64,000 nt of DNA from an uncultured Treponema sp. Lineage in GTDB: Bacteria; Spirochaetota; Spirochaetia; Treponematales; Treponemataceae. Where the stretch lies: assembly GCA_946410085.1 (NCBI GenBank), contig CAMJZA010000001.1, forward strand, positions 26,797-90,796. Reading direction: 5' to 3'. The translations under genes were made by a program, and so were the position numbers. This document shows positions 16,806 to 24,823 of the stretch, one piece after another; the first letter of the stretch is position 1, and the number at the start of each line of letters is the position of its first letter. The notes under the pieces are model-generated. The model was not told the DNA's origin, searched no databases, and was given only the letters and a program-made list of their open reading frames with translations.

Positions 16806-18680
16806 ATGGGTCATTTTAAGAATTTCAAGTCGGTGCTCTATTGCCCGGTGCACTGGGTAATCAACGTGAAGGAGGAGGATCTGGAAGGTCAGCTCGCCTT
16901 CTTTGAAAAGTACATCGGGGTAGACAAGGTGTACCTGGAACCCTTCCGGTCCGGGGAGCTTGCAAGCCGCGAAAAGCTCCTTGCCATCAAGGGCTTTCTG
17001 GAATCGCACGGCGTAGAGGTGGCGGGCGGCTTTACGACGACGTCGGGACCCGGTCCCATCCCCGGCAAGGAGCACAAGTCCCAGCGGCTCTTTGACACCT
17101 ACTGCTACACGGACAGGGACTTCCGTGCCGAACTGCAAAAGAACATCGAGTTCACCGCAGGCATATTCGATGAGATTATCCTCGATGACTTTTACTTTAC
17201 CAACTGCACCTGCGAGGACTGCATCAGGGCGAAGGGCAGCAGGAGCTGGCAGGAGTTCCGCCTGAACTTGATGAAGGAGGTGAGCCGGAACGTCATCGTC
17301 GGCCCGGCAAAGAAAGTCAATCCCAGGTGCAGGGTCGTCATCAAGTACCCTAACTGGATGGAAAGCTATGCGGGGGCGGGCTACAACCCCGGCGAGCAGA
17401 AGGACATCTTTGACGGCGTGTACACCGGTACCGAAACCCGCAATTCGATGGATCAGGACCAGACCCTGCCCCGCTACCTGTCGTATTCGCTCGTCCGCTG
17501 GATGGAGAACCTCGCGCCGGGACGGAACGGGGGCGGCTGGTTCGACGCCTTCCAGTGCTACCCCATGGAGGCCTACCTTGAGCAGGCATACCTGACCGCC
17601 TTTGCCCGCGCCCGCGAGCTGATGATTTTCTGCTGGCCGCTCGTCTACGACCACTACTTCGTGCCGACGCTCGGCTTCCAGATGAAGAAGATCGATGAGC
17701 TGATGAGCAGCGCCGGCGGCTGTACCGGCCTTGCCGAATACCATCCGGTCAACGCGCAGGGCGAGGACCACCTTGCCGACTACCTGGGACTTCAGGGCAT
17801 TCCCTTTGAGTCGACGCCGTATTTCCCGGAAAATGCAGAGGCGGTATTCCTGACCGCCGCCTCCTGTGCGGACAGGGACGTCATGAGCAGGCTGGAGAAA
17901 TACGTCCGTGAGGGCGGGCATGCCATCGTGACGAGCGGCTTCGTCAAGCTGATGCTGGGCGACGGCGGCGGCATCTCCCGTGCCGACGGCAGTTGTAGTC
18001 CCCGTACCGGCGGCAGCAGCACGGACGGCACATCCGCGCTGTCTGCCCTGTCCATCGAACAGATGACCTCGCTGCGCTGGCGGGACCGGCACCTTACGCC
18101 GACCCACTACCAGTACCATTCGCAAGACACCTGGGAAGAGTATAAGGTTCCGGCCGCTAAGGCGATTACGTTCCCCCTGCTGGAGCACCGCAACAACGTC
18201 AGCTGGATGCTCGTGAAGGGACAGACGGCGGGGAAGAACCTCCCCATACTCATCCGCGACTGCTACGGCAAGGGACAGCTGATTACCTTCGTCGTCCCGG
18301 ACGACTTCGGCGACATCCAGAATCTTCCCCGCGAGATACTGAACGAGCTGCGCCGGGAGTTCTGCGGTACGCTCGGACTGCGCCTTGAGTGCGGTAAGAA
18401 CGTGGGCCTCTTCCTCTACGACAACGATACGTTCATCACCTATGCCTATGACTACCAGAACGAGGGGCCGCAGCCCTGTTACGTGCACGTTGCGGGCGGG
18501 GCAAAGCGGCTGGTCCGGCTGAACGGACGGCGCGGGCTTGACTGCGTGGAGCCCTATGCAAAGGCCGACGAGGGAAGCAAAACCGGCATGGACGGCATGA
18601 ATGTCAAGGCGCAGACCGAGACCGTCTTCAAGATAGAGACGCACCCCGACCTCTTTGACTTCTGGAAAATCGAGCGCTAG
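16806..18680 (+). CDS. Cytoplasmic protein of unknown function, possibly a TIM-barrel glycoside-hydrolase-like enzyme
   Basis: 624 aa with no signal peptide. AGGAGG lies 11 nt upstream of the ATG, and the gene starts only 31 nt after the ABC ATPase stop. I recognise no confident family. Its architecture vaguely recalls GH42-like enzymes (barrel plus a GATase-like domain). Confidence 0.5.
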   Translation: MGHFKNFKSVLYCPVHWVINVKEEDLEGQLAFFEKYIGVDKVYLEPFRSGELASREKLLAIKGFLESHGVEVAGGFTTTSGPGPIPGKEHKSQRLFDTYCYTDRDFRAELQKNIEFTAGIFDEIILDDFYFTNCTCEDCIRAKGSRSWQEFRLNLMKEVSRNVIVGPAKKVNPRCRVVIKYPNWMESYAGAGYNPGEQKDIFDGVYTGTETRNSMDQDQTLPRYLSYSLVRWMENLAPGRNGGGWFDAFQCYPMEAYLEQAYLTAFARARELMIFCWPLVYDHYFVPTLGFQMKKIDELMSSAGGCTGLAEYHPVNAQGEDHLADYLGLQGIPFESTPYFPENAEAVFLTAASCADRDVMSRLEKYVREGGHAIVTSGFVKLMLGDGGGISRADGSCSPRTGGSSTDGTSALSALSIEQMTSLRWRDRHLTPTHYQYHSQDTWEEYKVPAAKAITFPLLEHRNNVSWMLVKGQTAGKNLPILIRDCYGKGQLITFVVPDDFGDIQNLPREILNELRREFCGTLGLRLECGKNVGLFLYDNDTFITYAYDYQNEGPQPCYVHVAGGAKRLVRLNGRRGLDCVEPYAKADEGSKTGMDGMNVKAQTETVFKIETHPDLFDFWKIER

Positions 18681-18692
18681 GCGTGAATTCAG

Positions 18693-18728
18693 CATCCCCT
18701 CCGAGAAAGTTTTTCTGCGGAGGGGATG
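18693..18728 (+). terminator. Long hairpin immediately after the 624-aa gene
   Basis: Perfect 11-bp outer stem CATCCCCTCCG/CGGAGGGGATG, extended by AGAAA/TTTCT. It begins 13 nt after the stop codon. Confidence 0.5.
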
Positions 18729-18760
18729 CCTGCGGCTGCGCAGGGAAAGATATGCTGGAG

Positions 18761-18898
18761 CCAGTGCAAAAGTCGGTCACTTTTGCACTGGCTTGCAAGA
18801 ATCTCAGCGGTGCTACGCACCACTTGCGATTCTTGAGGTGAATTTTGACCAGTTTCAAAAGTCCGCGGCAACAAAGTTGCCAGGGACTTTTGAAACTG
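18761..18898. repeat. Three further consecutive hairpins (REP-like structured spacer)
   Basis: CCAGTGCAAAAGT-cggtc-ACTTTTGCACTGG (18761-18791). CAAGAATC...GATTCTTG (18796-18835). CAGTTTCAAAAGTCC...GGACTTTTGAAACTG (18850-18898). Confidence 0.6.
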
Positions 18899-18931
18899 CC
18901 TCGCTGATCTGTTTGCGGTGGAAATCCTTAA

Positions 18932-19351
18932 TCAGAGATTTGCTAATTCAGAAATAAAATCTGCGGGGGAAAGAACCGGAACCTTTGCCTTTGAATAGTC
19001 TTTTTCATTCCGAGTAACGATATAATCAACGGAATTCCTGAATGCGGTCTCTGACATAACGGCATCCTCATAATCACCTATTTGTGAGGAAACTGCATTC
19101 TGGCAGTCTATACCGAGCGTATCAACGACTTCAAACAGACTGAATAATTTCCGTAAGATTTCCCTTGTCTGGCTGTCGCTGTGGGTCTGACGATGGGTAA
19201 GATAATAAATATCCGTTACGGATTTTGCGGATATACAGGCTGTGACAGTCCGCTTTGCGACTTCAATGAATATCTGCTGGGCAAAATGGGAGAATGGCCG
19301 TCTGTCCTGCAATGCGTCAATAATCACGCATGTATCCACAAGAATTTTCAT
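18932..19351 (-). CDS. vapC: PIN-domain toxin (VapC family)
   Basis: N-terminus MKILVDTCVIIDAL plus downstream acidic residues typical of PIN. It overlaps the upstream antitoxin by 4 nt. G+C is visibly lower than the flanks. Confidence 0.85.
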   Translation of the reverse strand: MKILVDTCVIIDALQDRRPFSHFAQQIFIEVAKRTVTACISAKSVTDIYYLTHRQTHSDSQTREILRKLFSLFEVVDTLGIDCQNAVSSQIGDYEDAVMSETAFRNSVDYIVTRNEKDYSKAKVPVLSPADFISELANL

Positions 19352-19563
19352 ATCCTGGCCAGCCTTTCACTTTGAGATTCTTCCAGCGTCACGTCATCCG
19401 GTAGAATTCCAAAAAGAGAGCGCGCTGTTTCAATCCTGTCTTGATTTGGGCTGGAAAGCACGGCAATTGTCCGCCCGTTTTCGGTTATGAAAACCTGCTC
19501 TTTTTCTGCCAGGGCAAGATATTTCGTGAGATTCTGCTGCAACTCTACTGCCGTTATAGCCAT
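19348..19563 (-). CDS. Type II antitoxin (Phd/YefM-like) paired with VapC
   Basis: 71 aa. AVELQQNLTKYLALAEKEQVFITENGRTIAVL is a typical Phd/YefM-type N-domain. Translationally coupled to the PIN gene. Confidence 0.75.
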   Translation of the reverse strand: MAITAVELQQNLTKYLALAEKEQVFITENGRTIAVLSSPNQDRIETARSLFGILPDDVTLEESQSERLARI

Positions 19564-19578
19564 GCATTCTCCTCCATG

Positions 19579-19593
19579 TATACTCCCAGTATA
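19579..19593. promoter_or_regulatory. Inverted repeat overlapping the putative vapB -10 (probable autoregulatory operator)
   Basis: TATACT-ccc-AGTATA is a perfect 6-bp-arm palindrome 16-30 nt upstream of the antitoxin ATG. The minus-strand TATACT doubles as a -10. Confidence 0.4.
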
Positions 19594-19631
19594 TCACACT
19601 TTTCTCTGTGTTGAAAGATGACCCTTGTTTG

Positions 19632-19660
19632 TTGCAGGCGCTGTGCGATTCTGCTAGAAT
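19632..19660 (+). promoter_or_regulatory. Sigma70-type promoter abutting the permease start codon (leaderless)
   Basis: TTGCAG, 17 nt, TAGAAT, then 6 nt to ATG 19667. No Shine-Dalgarno sequence is possible. Confidence 0.55.
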
Positions 19661-19666
19661 ATACTC

Positions 19667-20863
19667 ATGCTTGAGGACTTCCTTGACGCCCTGCAGAATT
19701 TCAGGCGCAACAGGATGCGCACCTTCCTCTCCCTGCTCGGCATCATCATCGGCGTTGCCTCGGTCATCGTCATCATGAGCATGGGCCAGTCGTCCACGCA
19801 GAAAATCAAGGATACCTTCGGTTCGGCGGGTCTGGACATGGTAAGCCTGTCCGGTGGCTTCTTCCGCAGGAGCCGGGCTGCGGTCACGATAAGCTTCGAC
19901 GAACCCTTCCGGGAAAAGCTCTTTGACAGCGTCACGGGCATTAAGAAAATCTGGTACAGGAACTCCCTTTCTGCGACGATTTCCTACGGCGAAAGCAGTG
20001 CCAGCGCTTCCTGTGCGGCGGTCGAAACCGATTACATGCGTTCCTGCGGCATTCAGCTGGAACGAGGGAAATATTTTGACGTAACCGATGACGTGATGGG
20101 AGCCCAGCGGATCATTCTGGGCAGCAGCATCGCTTCGACCCTCTTTCCCAACGGGGATGCGGTGGGAAAGCAGGTCATGCTCGTTACCGGCAATGCGCCG
20201 TTCAGCTTTACGGTGGTCGGCGTACTTAAGGAGCAGACGTCGGGCATGGAAAATACGAGCCAGGGCTGCTACATCCCCCGGGGCTTTTATGCCCGCAAGA
20301 TAAAGCCCAACCCGCCCGCCGATACCGTCATGGTACAGGCAGAAAGCGAGGCCCTTGCGGTGAGCCTGCGCGACAGGCTGGAAGCATACTGCAACAGCCT
20401 GACCGGAACGGAAGGTTCCGTATCTGCAACGTCCATGCAGACGATGATCGAACAGATGGGGTCGATTACGGGCGTCCTGAGCCTGCTGCTGGCGGTCGTG
20501 GCGGGCATATCGCTGCTGGTCGGCGGCATCGGCATCATGAACATCATGATTGTGACGGTGACCGAGCGCAGGCAGGAAATCGGCATCCGCAAGGCGCTCG
20601 GTGCCAGTCCCGCCCTCATCCGCCGCCAGTTCCTCGTAGAGTCTGCCGGCATAACCGTGATGGGCGGCCTTCTGGGCATTGTCCTGGGCATTGCGATAAG
20701 CATTGCCGTTGAGTACGTGCAGGCCGTGCAGAGCTTTGTCGTCAGCTGGACCGCCTGCCTCGTGGCCTTTGCCTTTTCCCTTTTCGTCGGCATCTTCTTC
20801 GGCCTGTCGCCTGCTTCCCGGGCCGCCCGTCTGGACCCGGTGGAAGCCCTCTCCGGGGAGTAG
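19667..20863 (+). CDS. ABC transporter permease (MacB/FtsX type)
   Basis: N-terminal TM, a large periplasmic domain, then the C-terminal FtsX 4-TM block ending ...ASRAARLDPVEALSGE, a typical family terminus. Confidence 0.9.
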   Translation: MLEDFLDALQNFRRNRMRTFLSLLGIIIGVASVIVIMSMGQSSTQKIKDTFGSAGLDMVSLSGGFFRRSRAAVTISFDEPFREKLFDSVTGIKKIWYRNSLSATISYGESSASASCAAVETDYMRSCGIQLERGKYFDVTDDVMGAQRIILGSSIASTLFPNGDAVGKQVMLVTGNAPFSFTVVGVLKEQTSGMENTSQGCYIPRGFYARKIKPNPPADTVMVQAESEALAVSLRDRLEAYCNSLTGTEGSVSATSMQTMIEQMGSITGVLSLLLAVVAGISLLVGGIGIMNIMIVTVTERRQEIGIRKALGASPALIRRQFLVESAGITVMGGLLGIVLGIAISIAVEYVQAVQSFVVSWTACLVAFAFSLFVGIFFGLSPASRAARLDPVEALSGE

Positions 20864-20865
20864 GG
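20798..20865. repeat. Direct repeat DR-A, left copy (authentic 3' end of the permease gene)
   Basis: 68 bp: TTCGGCCTGTCGCCTGCTTCCCGGGCCGCCCGTCTGGACCCGGTGGAAGCCCTCTCCGGGGAGTAGGG. Identical to 24542-24609. Confidence 0.95.
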
Positions 20866-20942
20866 GAACCGGCGGCGGTCATTGTTCCGTCAGGTGTGCC
20901 CGGACGATGTTCGGACTTTCTGTTCCATCGGAGGGAGGCTCT

Positions 20943-20971
20943 TTGACATAGCCCCCGTTTTGCTGTAAAAT
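20943..20971 (+). promoter_or_regulatory. Promoter of the glf cassette
   Basis: TTGACA, 17 nt, TAAAAT. AAGGA Shine-Dalgarno lies about 9 nt before the GTG start at 20995. Confidence 0.55.
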
Positions 20972-20994
20972 ACCCTGTCAAATAAGGATACACT

Positions 20995-22128
20995 GTGGAA
21001 CAAAGGAAATATGACCTGCTGATTGTCGGATCCGGTCTTTATGGGGCAACGTTCGCCCGGCTTGCAAAAGAGGCTGGCAAACGCTGCCTTGTAATCGAGA
21101 AACGCCCTCATACCGGCGGCAATGTCCATTGTGATTCGAAAGAAGGAATCAACATCCACAGGTACGGTGCTCATATCTTTCATACCTCCAGCAGGAAACT
21201 CTGGGATTTTGCAGGCAAATTCGTTACGTTCAACCGCTATACGAATTCACCGCTTGCAAACTACCGGGGCAGACTGTTTAACCTGCCCTTTAACATGAAC
21301 ACATTCTACGCAATGTGGGGAGTGACGACCCCTGCCGAGGCAATGGCGCGGATCCGGGAACAGCAGTCTCAGCTGACATCTGCCCCCCGGAATCTTGAGG
21401 AGCAGGCAATCGCCCTTGTCGGAAGCGACATTTACAGAATACTTGTAAAAGAGTATACGGAAAAGCAGTGGGGACGTCCCTGCACCGAGCTTCCTCCTTT
21501 CATAATACAGAGGCTTCCCGTCCGTTTTACCTTCGATAACAACTATTTCAGCGACTGTTACCAGGGTATTCCGATAGGGGGCTACAACAAGCTTACAGAC
21601 GCCTTGCTTGAGGGAACCGAGGTGATTACGGGTATTGATTTCTTTGCCGATCGTGTGCGGCTGGAGTCCCTTGCTTCTCGGCTTGTCTTTACCGGACGAA
21701 TCGACGAGTTTTTCGGCTATCAGTACGGCAGGCTCGAGTACCGCACGGTTCGTTTCGAGACGGAGACGCTGGATATGCAGAATTATCAGGGGAACGCCGT
21801 CGTCAACTTTACGAGCTGTGACGTACCCTACACGCGGATTATCGAGCACAAGCATTTCGAGCCTGAAAATCCTGCTTACAGTAGTCCGGTGACTGTCATA
21901 TCCCGGGAATACTCCTCGGAGTGGACGGATGGTGCGGAGCCGTTTTACCCGATCAACGATACCAGAAATACAGAACTTTATCAGCAGTATAAGGCTCTTG
22001 CGGACCGGCAGAGGAATGTCCTTTTTGGCGGTCGGCTTGCGGAATACAAGTACTACGATATGGATGACGTGATGGAAAAGGCGATGAATGACTTTGATGA
22101 ATTCATGAGGAGTGGAACGGAACGATGA
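20995..22128 (+). CDS. glf: UDP-galactopyranose mutase
   Basis: N-terminal FAD fold YDLLIVGSGLYGATFA, then the GGNVHCDS..GINIHRYGAHIFHTS pattern characteristic of Glf. 377 aa. Confidence 0.9.
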   Translation: MEQRKYDLLIVGSGLYGATFARLAKEAGKRCLVIEKRPHTGGNVHCDSKEGINIHRYGAHIFHTSSRKLWDFAGKFVTFNRYTNSPLANYRGRLFNLPFNMNTFYAMWGVTTPAEAMARIREQQSQLTSAPRNLEEQAIALVGSDIYRILVKEYTEKQWGRPCTELPPFIIQRLPVRFTFDNNYFSDCYQGIPIGGYNKLTDALLEGTEVITGIDFFADRVRLESLASRLVFTGRIDEFFGYQYGRLEYRTVRFETETLDMQNYQGNAVVNFTSCDVPYTRIIEHKHFEPENPAYSSPVTVISREYSSEWTDGAEPFYPINDTRNTELYQQYKALADRQRNVLFGGRLAEYKYYDMDDVMEKAMNDFDEFMRSGTER

Positions 22129-22850
22129 ACGGTGTATTATACCTTGTCCTCCCTGCATATAATGAAGAAGAGAATATAGAGGCTGTTGTCCGTTCCTGGT
22201 ATACGGTCCTTGACGGGAAGGCTGAAGAATCGCGGATAGTCATCGCAGACAGCGGGAGCAGCGACGGGACGCACGGAATACTCGAAAGGCTCTGCCAGGA
22301 GTTTCCCAAGCTCATCGTTCTGAGTTCCACAGGCCGGTATCACGGTGAGAAACTGATAGCCCTCTATGACTATGCGATACAAAACGGGGCGGAATGGATT
22401 TTTCAAACTGACTCAGACGGGCAGACTGATCCTGCCGAATTTGCTTCCTTCTGGAATATGCGGGAAGACTGTGACGGCATCTTCGGTAACAGGCACGTGC
22501 GCGGCGACGGATTCATCAGGGCGTTTGTCGAAAAGGTTGTGTGCTTCCTGCTCAGGCTTTACTTCGGCGTAAAGGTACCGGATGCAAATGCCCCTTTCAG
22601 GCTGATGCGGGCAGACATCGTGAAGAAGTACCTCTACCGGATGGATGCGGATTATAACCTGCCGAATATCATGCTGGTGACCTGGTTCGTCTATTACGGA
22701 GAGCGGTATGCGTTCAGGGAAATCTCCTTCAGGTCCCGGCAGGGCGGGGTCAACTCAATCAACATCCGCAAGATTTTCAAAATCGGCTGGAAAGCCCTCG
22801 GTGATTTCAGGAAGTTGAAGCAGGCTATGAGAGGAAATTCAAAAAAATGA
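22125..22850 (+). CDS. Family 2 glycosyltransferase
   Basis: LVLPAYNEEENI and the DxD-like TDSDGQ motif. ATGA overlap with glf. Confidence 0.85.
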   Translation: MNGVLYLVLPAYNEEENIEAVVRSWYTVLDGKAEESRIVIADSGSSDGTHGILERLCQEFPKLIVLSSTGRYHGEKLIALYDYAIQNGAEWIFQTDSDGQTDPAEFASFWNMREDCDGIFGNRHVRGDGFIRAFVEKVVCFLLRLYFGVKVPDANAPFRLMRADIVKKYLYRMDADYNLPNIMLVTWFVYYGERYAFREISFRSRQGGVNSINIRKIFKIGWKALGDFRKLKQAMRGNSKK

Positions 22851-24541
22851 GTTTGCGCATACGGTTGACGGCAAGACAGAAGTTTTTTGCAGTACTTTGC
22901 TTTGTGCTGCCGGCTGTACTTCTGTTTATTCCCGTCATTCAGAGCTTGCTTATATCTGCCGGCGGTAAAATATTAGGACGGACGCTGAATCATCCCGGGG
23001 TATGGGAAAAAAGAATCCAGCGGACTGGTTTGTACCTGCTGTGCGTTCCACTGCTGTATTTCTTCTTTTCTCTGGAGAGTCTGTTTGCCGCAGCGAAGAG
23101 AAAGTTTGTTTCGGGGACCATACGCTGTGCAGTTCTTTTGTTCTTGGCCTTTCTTACGAGCAGTCTGTTCGCCCTGTTTCCCTTTAAGGTTCAGTATCCG
23201 TGCTCGGACAGTGCCGTGTTCATCTCCATAGGCAGGATGATGCACCTTGGAAGAATTCCCTATCGGGATATATTCGATCACAAGGGAATTGTCCTCTATT
23301 TCATCGAGTATCTTGGAACCTTCGCCGGAGGCTATACCGGGGTGTATCTCATCGAGCTTGCCGGCATGTTTGCCACGGTCATCTTCATATACAAGGCGGC
23401 GGCACTTTCCTGCAGGAACGAGACCGTTTGTCTCCTGACCTCATTTTTTTCAGTTTACATGCTTGGTTCCAGAATGTATGAGGGGGCGAACCTTTCTGAG
23501 GAATATGCCTTGCCCTGTATTGCGTTCTCAAGCTATGTCTTTCTCCTGTATCTTAGGACGGGACAGTGCAGGTTCTTTGATTTCTTTTTTGTCGGACTGA
23601 CCTTTACAGCCGTCCTGCTGCTCAGGGTGAATATGGTTGCTCCCTGGGCTTTCTATGTCCCTTATTTTCTGGTAATCCTGCTGAAGGACCGGAAGTATTC
23701 CGACTTGAAAACGATGGTGGCAGGATTTGCCTGCGGGATGATCGTGCTTTTCATTCCCGTCATGGTGTATTTCCATGTAACGTCCAGCTTCCGTGCTATG
23801 TGGGAGACCTATGTTCTGTTCAATCTTATGTATGTCTCCGACGAGGGGGAACTGCGGAATGTGCTCGGCGTCATGCGGATGTTTGTCAGCGTATTCGCCT
23901 TTCCCTGTATCTGCCAGTTTGCGGCAGTCCTGCAGCAGGGAAAGGACAGGTATCACGTTATCAACGCGCTTGTTTTCCTTGTGACCCTGCTCTCCGTGTC
24001 TGTCTCCGGGAGGGCTTATCCGCACTACGGAATCATTCTGCTTCCCCTCTGTGTTCTACCCGTTGCGTACGTTCTTGAAAAATTGCGGGAGAACCTGTCA
24101 CTTTGCGCCGGTGTGACAGCGGCTCTTGTTTCGCGGTTCTGTCTGTCTCTCCTGATTCTGATTCCCCTGCTGGGCCTTCCCAATCCGATGAAGCCGGGCA
24201 GGATTTGGCAGGACTCTATCGTGCGATACCTTCGGAAAGAGACAGCTCCCGACTCTGATGTGCTTGTTCTGGCTAATGAGGCTAAGTATTATATCGCTGC
24301 GGAACGTTACACCAGGCAACGGTTCCTGTTTCAGGAGCCTGTCATACGGCAGGATTCTGCGCTGATGAGGGAGTTTGAGGAAGGCGTACGGGCGAATCCT
24401 CCTGACTATATTGTGCTGTCGGGCTACCACTGGAACTGGCTCCATATGCCGCTTCTTTCCGGTATCAGGGAGTTTCTGGACGCATCCTACAGCAGGGTGG
24501 ATTTCCCGGAGGGCATCGTATTCAGAAAGGACAGGGAGTGA
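22847..24541 (+). CDS. Polytopic membrane protein, probable GT-C-like glycosyltransferase or polymerase (GtrC analogue)
   Basis: 564 aa with about 12 hydrophobic helices followed by a ~100-aa soluble C-terminus. ATGA overlap with the GT2 gene. No confident family recognised. Confidence 0.5.
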   Translation: MSLRIRLTARQKFFAVLCFVLPAVLLFIPVIQSLLISAGGKILGRTLNHPGVWEKRIQRTGLYLLCVPLLYFFFSLESLFAAAKRKFVSGTIRCAVLLFLAFLTSSLFALFPFKVQYPCSDSAVFISIGRMMHLGRIPYRDIFDHKGIVLYFIEYLGTFAGGYTGVYLIELAGMFATVIFIYKAAALSCRNETVCLLTSFFSVYMLGSRMYEGANLSEEYALPCIAFSSYVFLLYLRTGQCRFFDFFFVGLTFTAVLLLRVNMVAPWAFYVPYFLVILLKDRKYSDLKTMVAGFACGMIVLFIPVMVYFHVTSSFRAMWETYVLFNLMYVSDEGELRNVLGVMRMFVSVFAFPCICQFAAVLQQGKDRYHVINALVFLVTLLSVSVSGRAYPHYGIILLPLCVLPVAYVLEKLRENLSLCAGVTAALVSRFCLSLLILIPLLGLPNPMKPGRIWQDSIVRYLRKETAPDSDVLVLANEAKYYIAAERYTRQRFLFQEPVIRQDSALMREFEEGVRANPPDYIVLSGYHWNWLHMPLLSGIREFLDASYSRVDFPEGIVFRKDRE

Positions 24542-24609
24542 TTCGGCCTGTCGCCTGCTTCCCGGGCCGCCCGTCTGGACCCGGTGGAAGCCCTCTCCGG
24601 GGAGTAGGG
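24542..24609. repeat. Direct repeat DR-A, right copy (non-coding duplicate of the permease 3' end)
   Basis: Starts 1 nt after the cassette's last stop codon. 68/68 identical to 20798-20865. Confidence 0.95.
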
Positions 24610-24630
24610 CCCGTAAACGCCGCGCACCCT

Positions 24631-24784
24631 GCGCATAGACTATGGGGCCTGTGCACATAGACTATGGGGCGTGTGCGCATAGACTACGGGGCCTGTGCGC
24701 ATAGACTATGGGGCCTGTGCGCATAGACTACGGGGCCCCTGCACATAGACTATGGGGCCCCTGCACATAGACTATGGGGCCCCT
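24631..24784. repeat. Seven tandem copies of a 22-bp unit
   Basis: Consensus GCGCATAGACTATGGGGCCTGT. Unit starts: 24631, 24653, 24675, 24697, 24719, 24741, 24763. Each unit contains the small palindrome ATAG-A-CTAT. The last three units end CCCT instead of CTGT. Confidence 0.95.
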
Positions 24785-24823
24785 GCTGTAATTTTGGCGG
24801 GGGCGGCCTGTTTTCTTAACAGT

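Larger units (their letters stand above)
20866..24541 (+). mobile_element. DR-A-bounded 3.7-kb glycan-modification cassette (glf, GT2, polytopic membrane protein)
   Basis: Bounded by perfect 68-bp direct repeats. It has its own consensus promoter. The three genes are translationally coupled by ATGA overlaps. G+C is visibly lower than the flanking genes. No recombinase gene is present. Confidence 0.5.

Noticed and set aside
16746-18695. A 649-aa ORF on the minus strand. Many other long antisense ORFs look the same, e.g. 3700-4959(-), 6866-8020(-), 9414-10397(+), 11958-13304(+), 26120-27256(-), 28248-29411(-), 32296-33537(-), 34808-36658(-), 39125-40225(+), 41842-42918(+), 44595-45713(-), 55943-57142(+), 59330-60460(+).
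   Set aside because: These are mirror ORFs of well-supported genes on the opposite strand. Their translations are Arg/Ala/Gly/Pro/Leu/Val-rich with no motifs, which is typical of stop-codon-poor antisense frames in high-G+C DNA.
24631-24784. Possible CRISPR array (regularly repeated 22-mers).
   Set aside because: The units are directly abutting, with no unique spacers. The unit is too short, and no cas genes are present. This is a minisatellite or iteron-type tandem repeat.
24752-24823. The ORF-track start of the DUF4015 protein inside the 22-bp repeats (MGPLHIDYGAPAV..).
   Set aside because: This N-terminal extension is translated repeat DNA. A normal signal peptide follows the downstream Met at 24824/24851.
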